A stretch of DNA of 63,595 bases, counting the filler, from Craspedostauros australis (taxonomy: Eukaryota): the NCBI GenBank assembly GCA_030167865.1. It is 10 parts of 10 records of this genome, joined end to end, with 100 filler letters (N's around TTAATTAATTAA, not from the genome) between each part and the next. Parts side by side here need not be neighbours in the genome. Positions count along the whole stretch, not along the records: positions 30,016 to 56,357 come from JALAGF010001777.1; 9 more parts are not named here. One strand, written 5' to 3'. This document shows positions 35,775 through 49,401 of the stretch, piece after piece (the first letter of the stretch is position 1; every line of letters starts with the position of its first letter). Under the pieces are notes generated by a model. That model had not been told where the DNA came from. It saw nothing but the letters and a program-made list of their open reading frames with translations, and did no database searches. Made by a program: the position numbers and the translations under genes.

Positions 35775-38700
35775 TCAGCCCTTCATCAGTGAAGTGCGGA
35801 CGGCCTCGCAGCTGTCCTTGGCATCTCCGAGCAGAACCTCCACGTTGTCCTTGAACAGGATGGGGTTTTGCATGCCTGCGTACCCAGTGTTGCCGATGGA
35901 TCGCTTCAAGACGTACACCTGCCCACTCTTCCACACACGCAGCACCGGCATGCCGTAGATGGAACAATTTGGATCATCCTCTGCGGCGCTGCTCACGGTG
36001 TCGGAAGCACCGATCACAAGCGTGACATCCACATCATCGAAATCATCATTGATTTCATCCATTTCGAACACAATGTCGTATGGAACGCCAGCTTCGGCGA
36101 GCAGCACATTGAGCTGTCCTGGCATGCGGCCAGCGACGGGATGGATGGCAAATCGTACGTCCTTCCCGGCGTCCTTGAGCTTCTTCGCAATGTCTGCGAT
36201 GGCGAACTGGGCTTGCGCGACGGCGAGACCGTAGCCTGGAGTAATGACGATGGACTTGGCATCCTGCAATGCGTTGACCATGTTATCAAGGGATGCAGTT
36301 CGCACTTCGCCTTCGTACTCGATTGCGGATGACTCGGACTGCGGGGCATTGTTGGTCCCAGCACCGCCAAAGATGACAGACACAATGTTGCGGCCCATGG
36401 CTTCGCACATGATCCAGGTCAAGATGGCTGCGAGCACATATTGCATTGCATTGCATTGTATTGCGTTGTAGACAACGGATAATATCCCATCACGTCCGAA
36501 AGAAGGCACGCACGGATGAAAGTGAGAAACGAAAGGGTTAGCGAGAGCAATCCACACCACCATGGCGTCATTCCAACTCAAGCCCAGCAAGAAGGCTCAC
36601 ACAGAACCCTAAAGATCACACAATTGCACACGGGACAAACTTACCTCCGCTGAACCCGATCAAAGCACCAACCTGCGCCAGCAGCGGGTAGTCCAGAAGG
36701 AACCCCTCAGCGCAAAGAGCCCACCCAGAGTAAGAGTTCAGCACCGTAATCACGACGGGCATGTCAGCACCTCCAATTGAGGCTGTCAGGTGCCAACCTA
36801 GGACCAAGGAAACAGCAGCGACCATGCCGAGGCTTGCAATACCGACCGCGTTGGGGCTCATCGAGAGAGCACCAGCAGCGATCGCTGGGTTGAGGAATGC
36901 GAGCAAACCCAATCCGCACAATGCGACCATGCCGAGGTTCAGCTGGTCTCTGTTCGGAAGCTGCAGTGGCGATGAATTCATCATGCCTGCCAACTTGCCA
37001 AATGCGACCACGGAGCCTGAGAATGTAACTCCGCCAATGAATGTGGCAAAGTAGATGGAGGCCAGCGTTCCGCCGGTCAGTCCACCGGGATTGCCAAGAA
37101 ATTCACCTGCGGCGCCTGCCATGGCGGCAAGTCCTACCAACGAGTGGAATGCGGCGACGGTCTGTGGCAATTCGGTAGGTCCGACTCCGGAGGCGACGAC
37201 AGATCCAACGAGGGCACCTAGACCGCCAAGCACACCGACCTGTTCGAAGGCTGCGGGCGAGGCGCCCGTTGCTGACATCTCCGCCAACGTAGACGACAGA
37301 CCAAGGCCGACGCCGGTCATTCCCAAGACGTTGCCTGTTCGTGCAGTTTCCTGGTTCGCAAGTGCCGCGATAGCGGCGATGCAGCAGATCGAGGATGCCA
37401 CAGCGACCGTGCCCGACATGAGACCCAAGTTCCCAATTCCAAAGAACGACGCAGCAAGACCTGCGACGATGATGCCGGCAGGGATGGAGTACAATTCGAA
37501 GTACTCCTTGGGGTCCTCTGGTCGTCGGAACAGATCGAGCATCTTTCCAGAGACCAAGAAGCCTCCGGCGATGTTGACGAACGAGAGCATGGTGGCGATT
37601 GCACCCATCCAGTGCGATGGGGAGTCAGGGATGATGCTTCCAGTCGTAGCCGAATGTGCGCCCAGCAAGAGCATGCCGCCCAGCGCAGTCGTTCCAGAAA
37701 TGGCATTTGTCACAGCCATCAACGGAGAATGGAGGGATGGTGCCACCCCCCACACGGTCGTGTAGCCCGCGAGGCCTGCGAGTCCAAAGGTGGCCAGCAA
37801 CGTCACTGCAGACTGGGAATCGGCACTGAAACCAAATGCCACCAGAGCTGCTGCCAAGACGCTGGAAGCCAACGCGTTCTTCTTGAATGCCTCCTTGCTC
37901 TGGTCGTCCAACAAAGCCTTGGCTTCCTCTGGCGACAGTTCCACCGCTTCGGCTTCATCCGTCTTTGCGGCAGGAGGAGGTGGCGGTGGTTGGAATGGGG
38001 TGATCTCGTCAGGCCAACGGGCTTTGCCATCGTAGGAAATCAGCATGTTTTGGACTGCATCGTCCTCGAGGTCGATTTCGAAGGTCCCCTTGTTCTTCGT
38101 GGTTTGTGGTCCAATGCTCATGATGAACTTGGCCACGTTGTTTGAAAACTATTTGTGGTGGGAGGGAAGGATGTACGTAAGGCGATTGTGGTATAGTGTG
38201 TTGTGATGGGCACGACGGCACACAGAAAGATGGAGCGTAAGTTGATTATGTGCAATGGTGAATGAGGTAGATGAACGGATGGAATGGATGAAATGAAACA
38301 GACATGACACAAAGTCGAGAACCAAATGCGGAACATGCGGCGATTGTGAAGCATGCAGCCACCACGCGGTCTGAGTCGCAGCGTGCGAAGCCAACGACAG
38401 CAGAGATTGTGACTGGCTGTGCTTTGAATCGTAGCAAGAGAGCAATCAGCCATCCGCACTTACCAAAGTCGATGCCGTGTTCGCCAATCGAGATGGAAGG
38501 TTCGTGTATCCGATGATGGTGACACCGTTGGTTGTCTTGATGATCTCGTCAGCCTGCGTCTCCGCGACGTTTCCTCCGTTGGCTGCCGCAAGGTCAACAC
38601 AAACCGAGCCGGGCTTCATGACATTCAACATCTCCTTGTTGACCAGCACGGGCGCCTTTCGGCCAGGGATGAGCGCAGTTGTGATGATGATGTCAACATC

Positions 38701-40473
38701 GGATGCCTGTTCCAGCATCATCTGCGCCTGAGCCTTCTTGTAGTCGTCGGACATCTCCTTCGCGTACCCGCCGGTTCCGCTGCCGTCTTCATCGATTTCA
38801 ACCTCCAAGAAAGTCGCTCCCATCGATTCCACCTGTTCCTTGCAGACAGGACGCACGTCGAATGCACGCACAATTGCGCCCATGTTCTTGGCTGTTTGGA
38901 TCGCAGCGAGACCTGCAATGTCATTGGTAGAATTCGCGGGTTGGGATGTTGATAGAATCAGCAAAACGTTGTAGAGCAGGAATGTATGGAGATGTATGGG
39001 TTGAAGTCGGTGAGCCAAGGCGATGTGGCAAACATGCTTCGCCGCGGGCTGTCACCACGAATTGTGTGTACGCCCAGTAGTCACGCGAGCAAACATATGC
39101 AGAGCAACGCAAACGTCACCATTTTCATCGAAGGATTTCAAGTCCCGGCTTGAGTTACGCAGTCCGCTCGATGATCGTCGTCATCGTCATCATCATGTTG
39201 CACGTACCTGCCACTCCTGCACCGAGGACCAAGACCTTCGCAGGCGGGACCTTTCCGGCAGCCGTCATCTGCCCGGCGAAGAACCTTGGAAATGCTTCGG
39301 CTGCTTCTACCACGGCACGGTATCCAGCGATGTTTGCCTGACTGGAGAGCGTGTCGAAGGACTGACCGCGGCTCAGCATGCGCGGCACGCAATCCAAAGC
39401 AAAGATGTTGGTCTTTTGCTCCGTGAGCTCGTTGTACAAATCGCCGTTGATGGCCGGTTGGATCATACTGATGAGGGTCTTGCCTGCCAGCTTCGGGACC
39501 TCCTCCTCGTTCGGTGGTTGGATCTTCGTGATGATATCGGCATCCTGGAACACCTGGGTCTCGGAAAGCACCAGCGCGCCGACATCGACGTATGCTGCAT
39601 CGCTGAATGATGCATTTTCTCCAGCTGCAATTAGGACGGGCACCAGTTATCGTATCCGTGAGATAGCATCGAGTCATCGAGGCAAGGGAGATAGCGACAA
39701 GTGTTTGCGTGTGTGAGATGAGAAAGCAATTGATAATGCACAATTGTCTTGAAGATATCACATGGAAGGATACCGTATCAAAGATGACATCACGCCGGGC
39801 AATACCGAAGTGTCACGATCACGCAGCTTTCCAAATGTTGAACCGCGCGGACAATCGGAATGTTGAAGCCAAGATTTTGACGCGGCTTCAAAAGCGCATC
39901 GGCACCAGCTGTTTCGGTGTCAGCCAGAGCAAGCAAGTGCAACCAATCAAACCTCTTTCAGTGGAACGTGCAATACGTAGTGCAAACATACAAGAGCAGA
40001 GCATTGAAGAGAGCAAAGTACGAGTTGGGCAGAGAAGAGTTGAGCCAAATCGAGTATTCGTGTGTTCACGTACCTCCGGATTGCACAAGCACCGTGAACC
40101 CAGCGTCGACCAATCCCTTGACGGATTGTGGCGTCTGGGCAACACGGTTCTCGCCAGCAAAGGTCTCCTTCAGCACTCCGATGGTCAAGTCGGAGTATGG
40201 GATTGGGCCCATCAGCGAGGTGGTTGCACCGGTCGACAGATCCTGGACTGGCGAATTGGTTGATGCGATGGACTCTTCTGCGCTCTGCTTCTGCTCCTTT
40301 TGCTCTCCTGGGTTGGTCCCCACCATGAGGAAGGAGGAACGACGATGGCGCTGCTCGAGGAGGACGGCACCATGGCGGTGAGAAGTGCGCGCGATGCTTG
40401 GATCTGGAAGGAACCCGAAGGACCGCGATGGCGCAGCGAGTGCGCAAAGTAGCACCAATGGATCAAACTTCAT
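35775..40473 (-). CDS. NNT: Proton-translocating NAD(P) transhydrogenase, fused alpha-beta (1140 aa); exons 40473-40074, 39624-39208, 38912-38464, 38148-36645, 36427-35775
   Basis: [99 protein letters not shown]. Four GT-AG introns; exons total 3423 nt, in frame. Confidence 0.96.
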
Positions 40474-42247
40474 CGTTTCTAGACTTGTCTCTGCCTTTCG
40501 TCTTTGCCTTCGTTGCTGTTGATGCTGATGTTGATGCTGATGTTTCCTTGTGTCAATGGGACGGAGTGTGTCCTTGACTTGTGTCTTGTTGTTTCGGCTG
40601 TGCTCCGAAGTCTTTGTGTGAGCATGAGCGCTTGGGAGTGGAGCTGGTGGATTTGAAGTGTCAAGGGCGCGTGTTGACGTGAATAGTGCCCACGATCGCG
40701 GAGATGCTTTGGAGTGTTGCTGCTGTCTCTGTCACTTCTGCTACTTCTGCTACTTCTGCTGTTGCTGTCACTTGGCTACGACCCACCAACCCGCACTTCG
40801 GCGTGTTGCTCTCTGGTGGAGTTCTCAACAACGGCGCGGAAGATTCAACGCCCCTTCTTCACCCCTTCCGCATGCCGCCGACGAAGAAGATTGCAGATGA
40901 GGAATGGCTCGGGTTCTCATCGTCGCTCCGCCATCTGATTTCGGCTGGCGGTTTTCGTTCCTTTTTGACAAAACGTGGGTGTGTGGTTGATGGCTTTTCT
41001 TCTTTGCGACAACGCAACAACATCTGCGAACAGCTGTCGGGGGATGAAGAATTTTGATTGGCGCGCACGACGTATCCAGAAGGACTTCGTGAGAACAAGA
41101 AGCCAAGTCGCGAATAAAGCGAACGCACCCAAAGAAGAAAGATCGGATTATGCCACACAGCTTCCATGTTCGTCCTCGCGCCTTGCATCCGTTGATGTCC
41201 TGCTTGGTTGTTGAATCCGTATCCTCTGCACAGACTCTGTGCGAGATAGCGGTGGCGATGGTGAAGGGTCACAATAGAAGCACTGACGCTTGTTCCTCGG
41301 AATCTTCTGTGTAGCATTGTTCACAAGTGCAGTTGATGCCCAGGCTGCGACCGCGGTTGCAGCTGCTCCTGTTGCCTGGCGGGACCTTGCCGCCTTCGCA
41401 CCGATTCTTCGCTTCTGTTCGGCAACTTGCACAAGAGAGGACTTTCGCATTCAGCTCTAGCATACGCGCACAATGTAGACCAGAAGTACGTATAACATGA
41501 TGGGAGGCCAATCTGCAACGCGGAGCCATCAACGGAACGCAGCAGCCTGGCCTGAGGTTGGATAGAGTACTGCTAGCTCGCAGAGGAGACCGGTTGGCTT
41601 GGTCAGCCATCTGATGCGGATGCTTTGCTGAAAGCTGACGGAAACAGGGCGACATTGGATGTCCGATGTTGACCAAAAGCGCTCCTTCAGTACGATGTGA
41701 GTGTGCTGGATGGCATTTGCAAGTACCATTGCCATACAAACGAACCCAACGCATCTGTGCAGAGTGTAGGAAGATACACGGTGTCTTCTATCACAATAGA
41801 TGCCATTTTTACAATACTGTAGAGCAGGTGGTGCTTCTTATGATTCAGTCCATGTGCTTGGCGCACATCTGACGATTCGCAAGATGTGCAATGTGCACTC
41901 CAACACGTATCCGCTGTACGGCTACTGCAACCATTCTTCTTGCGTGTGGAAGAGTACGAGCAATGAGTTATGTGGTGTTCGTGCGAGTATGTGCAGTAGA
42001 TCATTGCTAGGCCTCACAATCCTGCTGCGACCGCCGTCTTTCGAGCTGGTCATGGTGGGCACTGTCGCTTCGTCTCTCCATACGTACGTCGCCAACAGAG
42101 TCTCCAGAGCCGTGCCCAACCTCTCGAAAAGGCGGAAACCCGGTGCTACCCCTGTGGCACGCGATTTCCATCAAACTCGCACGTTATCCCAAAATGACCA
42201 CTCTGTTCGAGCGTTTTCGACCCTTGCCGTACACTAATCGCCATCAT

Positions 42248-44850
42248 CTACATGCCGTCATCTTCGCCCATCATCATCTCTCGCATATCATCAGACAGAT
42301 AATCGCCAGGGTTGAGAAGCTTCTGGCTGTACTCCAATGGACAGCTTGATTCCCTGACCTTGAAATTCTCGTCGCTCTTGTCCACGAATTCCTTATCCCA
42401 TTGTTTCACGGTCGCAAATGCAATCCCGGCGAGCGCTTGGAGGCCCTGATCATACCCAAAGGAAAGCAGAACATAATAGAGCAGTGCAATAGAAATGAAT
42501 GGGGTGGTGGATGATGGTGTCAGCGAGAGGGTTGACAATACGTAAGCATGGTCGAAAGGCAAGACAACCGCACAGTATGCGAATACTATTACAGCAGCAA
42601 TAGAATGTGACGGAATCATGCGATCAGTTGATCCGGTATCTCACGCTCAACCACGAGGCAATCTTCGACAAGTCAGAAAACAATGAGCAGTCGAGCATCC
42701 GAGCAACCGAGCAACCGAACTTACCTGCATCTCACCGTACCGCACATGCGCGGCTGTCCAGTTGCGATTTTGGAAGTGGTTGGCGTTCAACTCCCTGAGC
42801 ATCCGTTCCTGCTTTTCGAGAGCCGGTTGGAATTGAATGAGTGTTGTGCTTGCCAGCCGCGCAAGGCACATGACGGCTCTGTACTCCAATGCTTGATCAC
42901 CGGGTTCTAGAACGAAGGAAGTGTTCTTCCTGTTCTCCCCCAGCACCTCGATGGCAGATCCGTCAAAGTCACGGGTTGTCAGCACCATCAGCCGGCATGT
43001 TGAGACCAATTTGGAGTAGTTGACACGCAAAAGCCGCGGATCCAGCTCAGGCGGTTGCAGCGTGATGGGTTCCGCGCTTGTTTCTGCCGGACCCGAGCGG
43101 GCAGCTCTAGGTGGGAAGATGACAGACCACCGACTTTCGTCGTTTGCAATCATCAGCAAATGTTCCAGCTTGAGCAATTTGAGACTGAAGTCTTCCATGT
43201 GCGTTTGCGGTCCCTCGATGCACTCGTCGTACCCGTCGTCGTAGATGAGATAACGCACCAAGTCACGGCTCTGCACTTCTCTGGCGTACTCCGATAGCTC
43301 TCCATTGGGAAGGTAGGAGAATTCACTGTTCTTTCCCTGGCCCAACAAGCGGTGATGAATGCTGATGCCCGCTTGAATCCTCCCGCTGCCGTCCCCGTTG
43401 TTAAAACCGAACTGCAGCATGGGAGATGACGTGTGTAGGCAGATGACGGTTGAACATGTTGGATAATGGCGATGGGTGATTTAGGGGTTGTTGACACGTG
43501 AACATTAGTGCATAGTTGAGGGGAAATGACATGTCATGGAAAGGGCGTATCAAATGCACATGAGATGCACATCACATGCACATTCACAACCGAAGTAGAG
43601 CAGAGCAGGGTGGCAGGGCATCCATCAATATCAGAGAACAGGAAAGAGTTTGATTCATCAGACCCGTGTAATCCAACCCTTCCCAACCTCGAAACGAAGC
43701 CAGCAATATACAATGGGAAGGATTGCATCATATCATATCATATCATATCATAGCATGCCATACTCACCTTGGCAAAAAGATGCGCATCGGAGTACTTTCC
43801 GTAGCTGTCCATGAGCTCCCAATTCGAAGGGATTCGCCTTTCGCTCTGAATGATGAACGCACCAGAATCATGATCGAACTTGTACCCCACATTTGGGTTG
43901 GGATGGTGATTCAGCATGTCAAGCATCGGGACCAGCACATGGCAGCCCCTGGAGAAATCAAGCCCAAGCTCCTGCTCGTAGAAGCTCAGCTCATCATCCC
44001 ACGTTTCGAACGTTGATGTTTCGGGTTGCCATGGCCCAATCACGCTGTTGGGACCAGGACCGAATGACCGTGAGAGCACATTGATCCTCGCAGCCTGGTA
44101 CTGCGCCTTGGTGATCAGTGTTGCGAAGTTGGTGGATGCCGTTGCGAATGCATCATATTCGGATGTTACCATATCCCGGTACATCTTGACAACGTTGAAG
44201 GCTGAAGAATGGACACTTAGGGCGTCACTTAGCTCGTCTTCCTCCCACAAGATGGGATGGTCGACCAGCTCGTCGTATGTGGGAAGCATCTGCAGGTACT
44301 CCTTGGTGGCGACGTTGGATTTCAACGTCAGGGTCTTGGCCTGCATTGCGACAAAGGCGGCGAGGTACGCCCCGCTGGGCAGACGGTTGTCCGTTCTCGC
44401 ATGCCGTGCGGGGAACAGCTCCTTGCGGATGAAGTCATCACGCAGCGCGTCCAGGTCCCATATCTGCATGCTTCGTGGAATCTCCAGGAGCGTTTCTCCC
44501 TTCCGCACATCCCTCGATGTTTGGAACGTGCGCCTGGTTGGCGCGATACTGTGCATGCACTTCGCCCCGCCCTTCCTGGAGCACGCACGGGAAAGGAAGA
44601 CCTTGACTCTGGCGTCGACGGGATCGGTCCAGTTCCACAGAACTCCCATCCCGATCGCCAAGCCCAAGACGCCGGCTGTCATCGCCATCTGCCTGCTTGA
44701 GAAGCTGAACATTCGACCGCTGTTTCCGTTGCTCTTTGATTGCTGCTTCAGTCCTTCGACGCCCTTGTCGTTTCCCGCCTTGCTCCCTCCTCCGCCTTGA
44801 TCATCTCTGCTCCTCTTCCTTTGACCGCCGTTTCTCTTCTTCGCTGCCAT
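42248..44850 (-). CDS. SET-domain (Rubisco-LSMT/SETD3-like) protein methyltransferase with N-terminal TM anchor; exons 44850-43768, 43411-42725, 42445-42248
   Basis: RDVRKGETLLEIP, YLQMLP, NVLSRSFG, LVPMLDMLNHHPNPNV, ELMDSYGKYSDAHLFAK|FGF; hydrophobic segment MTAGVLGLAIGMGVLWNW. Confidence 0.87.
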
Positions 44851-45444
44851 CGTGCCTTGGGGCGATCGTCGTCTTCGTCGTGGTCTTGGTCGTTCTGTCT
44901 CTCTCCAGAGTGGCAATGAGAGAAGCCGTGATGCTGTCACTCCGGCAATCTCTCTTGCCCTTTCTCTGAGTATGTGAATGTACAAGTACGGCGCGAGTAT
45001 GGAGGCTGAGATGCTCTTCACAGGGTCCTCTTTCGTTTGCGCACGGGGTGGTGCAGTTGATGCCTGCACACGAGAGACGGACACGCAACGAGGGAGATGG
45101 TGTCGAACTTGTGTGACTGAAAGATACGATTTCGCGTAATTCGTTTTCGCATTTTGATGACTCATGCGACCTCCCCGACCACCAGGTCGCGAGAAACGGT
45201 ACTGGCACAGATTCAATTTCGGCTGTGCAGTTTTACCGCTCACCTCTGCACTAAACAGACCCATGATCGACTCAATCGAATGCTTCTCGCTTCGTCGTGG
45301 ATTCAAACCGACCAACACCAACAGAAGCAACAAGGACCGCAAGGACGGAAACACCAACACCAGGAACAACCAAGCGCTCCAACAGCACCATCGACGTCAA
45401 CGTTCTGATAACAGGCAACATCAAGTGGAACATCAACTGGCAAG

Positions 45445-46253
45445 ATGGTGCGTTGAGACGATGATGGGTGAACGTAACGGAGCTTGAAACACGGAGGACG
45501 CTGCTGGTCACGATGATGGAGTCAACGGAATGTGAAAGCGCGGGGGATCACCACGTTCATGCCGAGCTTTGGGCTCGACCTCTTCCTTCTATCTCGGGAC
45601 GGAGCATGGCGTTGTGAGCTGAATACAGCGCCATGAACCGAACACGAGAGCAGAGGCGCGGACGCGATCGGGGGTGACGATTCCATCCTCAGCCGCAGCG
45701 GCGCTAGATGCATGTGTTGTACTCTTGGGATCGTTGCGCAAAGTTTTGAGAGATTGGGAGATTTGAACACATGACGAAGTCACGAACCTTCACTCAAACT
45801 TGTTGATGCTTTTCTGCTTCCACACTACAATGTCTTCCCATACAATGGGACACTCTGCGGATCGAACTACGCTCTCAACGATCGGGGTGATGCTTCGTGG
45901 CGTATGATGGTGCATGATTGCTGCTTCGATGGATGCACACAACGCAACAAACTCCGTTTCGGCTTTGCTGATCACAGACAAAAGGTACCACCTCGTTCGG
46001 AAAGAGACACAATAAGTCTCACACCACCTGCCGCCGATGCGGCAAGGTGTCGTTCCACATCCAGAAGAGCAAATGCTCCTCCTGTGGATACCCCAGCAAG
46101 AAGATGAGACAATATAACTGGGGCCAGAAGGCCAAGGGCCGCAGAACCGAGGGAACTGGACGCATGCGTTACATGAAGACAATGACCCGCCGCTTCAAGA
46201 ACGGATTCCGAGAGGGCACCCAGGCCTCCAAGAAGGTGTCCAAGGCCGACTAA
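45445..46253 (+). CDS. RPL37: 60S ribosomal protein L37 (eL37); exons 45445-45447 (ATG only), 45978-46253
   Basis: After cac[41 protein letters not shown]...GTGRMRY. Start inferred from caagATG|GTGCGT; an alternative ATG|GT exists at 45907. Confidence 0.93.
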
Positions 46254-46882
46254 GCGATGTCGCCCCAACTCCAAAGAAATCTAAACTAATCGTTTGAACC
46301 ACTCCCTGCCCAGCATCTTACTTCTTGATGGCGATGGGTGTTGTCGGTGTGCGGACATCAGTGACATGACAGGGAGGCTCGTTGAGGAGCACGCAACGAT
46401 AACTTTGTCGAGCTGTAGCCTGAGAAACAACTGCCATGGCCCGTTCCAGCAGTGCCGGGGAGGCGAGGGCGAGAACTGAATCTCTGGATCTCGTACCTCA
46501 CACCAAGAGTAGTACTGTAGTCGTACGACTATCTCTCTCCAGTGAGCACTGTGCTCACTTCGGACTACTTTCGCCGAAAGGCCAACTCTCTCTCTCTCCG
46601 GAGAGTTGTTGGCTGTTTCCGACACTGAGATGTGTGCAGTTTGTACAGTCTGATAAACTGTGTAGTGTTGGTTGTGGTCCATAGATCGTACGCGTCCTAA
46701 TACACTAACCATGACAACGGTTTCATGGCAAGGCTCAGTTCCAGACACAATAATCTAGAGTATCGCAAGGAGCGCATTTCTTCTCGAAGTTAACGTTTAA
46801 CTCCAGAAAGAGAGAGTCGGGAGTATTCTGTTCGTTGCTGATTAACATGCCGTGCCATGCCATACTCCTATTGCAGTATGAT

Positions 46883-48450
46883 CTACTCTGCCTTGGCTTC
46901 TTCCTTCGGCTTTGGTGGTTCGACCTCACCCATCTTGGTGAGCTCGACGGCACCCTCGGCGCAGTCGGCCATCTCCGCGACAAGGTCTTCCACGACGAAG
47001 GAGCCCAGGTCGCCGAGCTTGCGACTTCGCACGGCGAGCTTTCCGGTTTCCATCTCCTTCATACCAATGACAGCCATGACGGGGACTCGCTGTTGCTCGG
47101 CGTTCCGGATTTGCTTGGCGAGACGTTCCGTGCCGCGGTCCACCTCGACGCGGATTCCGGCACGCGCTGCCTTCTTGGCGACCTCCTGGCAGTAGTCATT
47201 GACTGCGTCGGTCACTGGAAGGAGCTTGAGCTGGGTTGGGGCCAACCACAGCGGGAAGTCTCCGGAACAGTTCTCGATGAGGATGCCGAAGAAGCGTTCC
47301 AAGGATCCGAAGATGGCACGGTGGACCATGATGGGCTGTTCTCTGTTACCTTCAGCGCTGATGTATTCCAGTCCGAAACGTTCTGGAAGGTTGAAGTCGC
47401 ACTGGACAGTGGAGCATTGCCACTGTCTGCCGATGGCATCGCGGATCTTCACGTCGATCTTGGGTCCGTAGAATGCACCACCGCCCTCGTCGATGCCGTA
47501 TTCCCAACCCTTGGTCTTGAGGGCACCTTCCAGCGCAGTTGTGGCGGCATCCCAGATCTCATCTCCGCCGACGGACTTCTCCGGTCGTGTGGAGAGCATG
47601 ATGTCGTACTTGTCGAATCCGAATCGGGTGAGGATGGTCTCCGTGAGATCCAGGACGGCAACGATCTCATCTTCGAGCTGTTCTGGAAGGCAGAAGATAT
47701 GAGCATCGTCCTGGGTGAATCCGCGGACACGCATGAGCCCGTGCAGCGTCCCGGAACGTTCATAACGGTACACGGTTCCCAGCTCGGCCCATCGGATTGG
47801 CAAGTCACGGTACGATCGCAGCTCGTCCTTGAACATGAGGCAATGGAATGGGCAGTTCATTGGTTTGATCTGGTACTGCTCGTTCTCCACCTCCATCTGA
47901 TCGAACATGTCGGACGAGTAAAAGTCGAAGTGACCGGACGTCTTCCAGAGGTTGACGTTGGCAATGTGCGGTGCGTAGACGATGTCGTATCCGTCCTCGA
48001 CGTGAGCATCCTTCCAGAAATCTTCGATAAGACGACGGATCTTGGAACCGTTTGGGTGCCAGAACACGAGGCCGCCACCAGCATCCTCCTGTGAAACGCA
48101 TTGAAACCATCGTGGACGAGTCAATGCGAAAATGGGTAAATTCATGTATGCGTTTGTCGTCATCGTCGTTTTGTTGTGAGCATTTTGCAGCCGTGGAAGG
48201 GATAGGATACTTGCGGAGTGAGTTGAGGCATCAGTGGGTGGTTCGCTTCTTGCAATCGCGTGTAGCCATGAACATTGCGGTGCCATCCCATGTGTATGAT
48301 GATGCGTTGCCGATGGCCTGCGACATACAAGCCGGTCACCAAACGAAAAGGAACATTTCTCATGGCGCTCATTCAAATGCGACGGCTACAACTCATCGTC
48401 CAATAAGTATCTGGGATGCAGAATCATCGTGCATATTCGTCATGTTCGTA

Positions 48451-48488
<38 letters not shown>

Positions 48489-49401
48489 CACAGACGCAGA
48501 CACGGGAGCACGCATTTTCATGTTGTGATATCCTTCTCGTACGCACCTGGATGGAGAACAGGTCGAGCTTCTTTCCCAGCATGCGATGGTCACGCTTCTT
48601 GGCCTCTTCGAGCATCTTCTTGTACTGCTTGAGCTGGACGGGATCCTTCCACGCCGTGGCGTAAATTCGCTGCAGCATCTCACGTTTTTCATCACCGCGC
48701 CAGTAGGCACCCGCGACGCTCTGCAATTGCACAGCCTTCTTGGGGATCTTGTTCGTGCTCTCAACGTGAGGACCGGCGCACAGATCCCACCACTCCTCAC
48801 CGATGTGGTAGATGGTGATGGGTTCGGTCTTGATGCCCTCGAGGATCTCCATCTTGAAGGGCTCCTGGATGGCGTTGATGCGCTCGATGGCCTCCTCACG
48901 CGTGACCTCCTCGCGCGTGATGGGGTAATTCTTGCTGATGATCTTGTCCATCGCCTTCTTGACCTTCTTGAGGTCCTGATCGGAGAGCTTGCGGCCTGGC
49001 ACCGTCTCTCCGGTTTCCTCATCGATGGTCTCCGGGAAGTAGAAGTCGTAGTAGAATCCATTGTCGATCCATGGACCGATGGTGACCTGAGCCTCCGGGA
49101 AGATTTTCTGCACGGCCATGGCCATGACGTGAGCCGAAGAATGGCGGATCTTGAGCAAGTCCTCGTCATTGTCGTTGGTGGGCAATTCTGGCTTGACCTC
49201 CTCCTCCTGCTTCTTTACTGTCTCCGGCGCGACGGTGGCGTAGAGGCGAGGGGTGGATGCTACCACGCGGTTGTTGGCGAGGAATGGCGTGGCGGTCGAT
49301 CTCGCAGCGTTCCTCACCAGAGCGGAAGGCGCGAAGGCCCTGGCGCTTCGCAGGCTCAGTGAAGAGATGACCGCGAGCATGTTGGCGGAGATCAGCTTCA
49401 T
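46883..49401 (-). CDS. thrS: Organellar (bacterial-type) threonine--tRNA ligase; exons 49401-48547, 48088-46883
   Basis: [75 protein letters not shown]; presequence ...RSARA|FAP. Confidence 0.96.
48451..48487. repeat. (CAT)n microsatellite in the ThrRS intron
   Basis: About 12 perfect CAT units. Confidence 0.9.

Noticed and set aside
46835..48094. 419-aa antisense ORF over ThrRS (similar ones over the cyclin, TAF5, NNT, CCDC43)
   Set aside because: Shadow ORFs expected from GC3-rich codon usage on the coding strand; no recognisable motifs.
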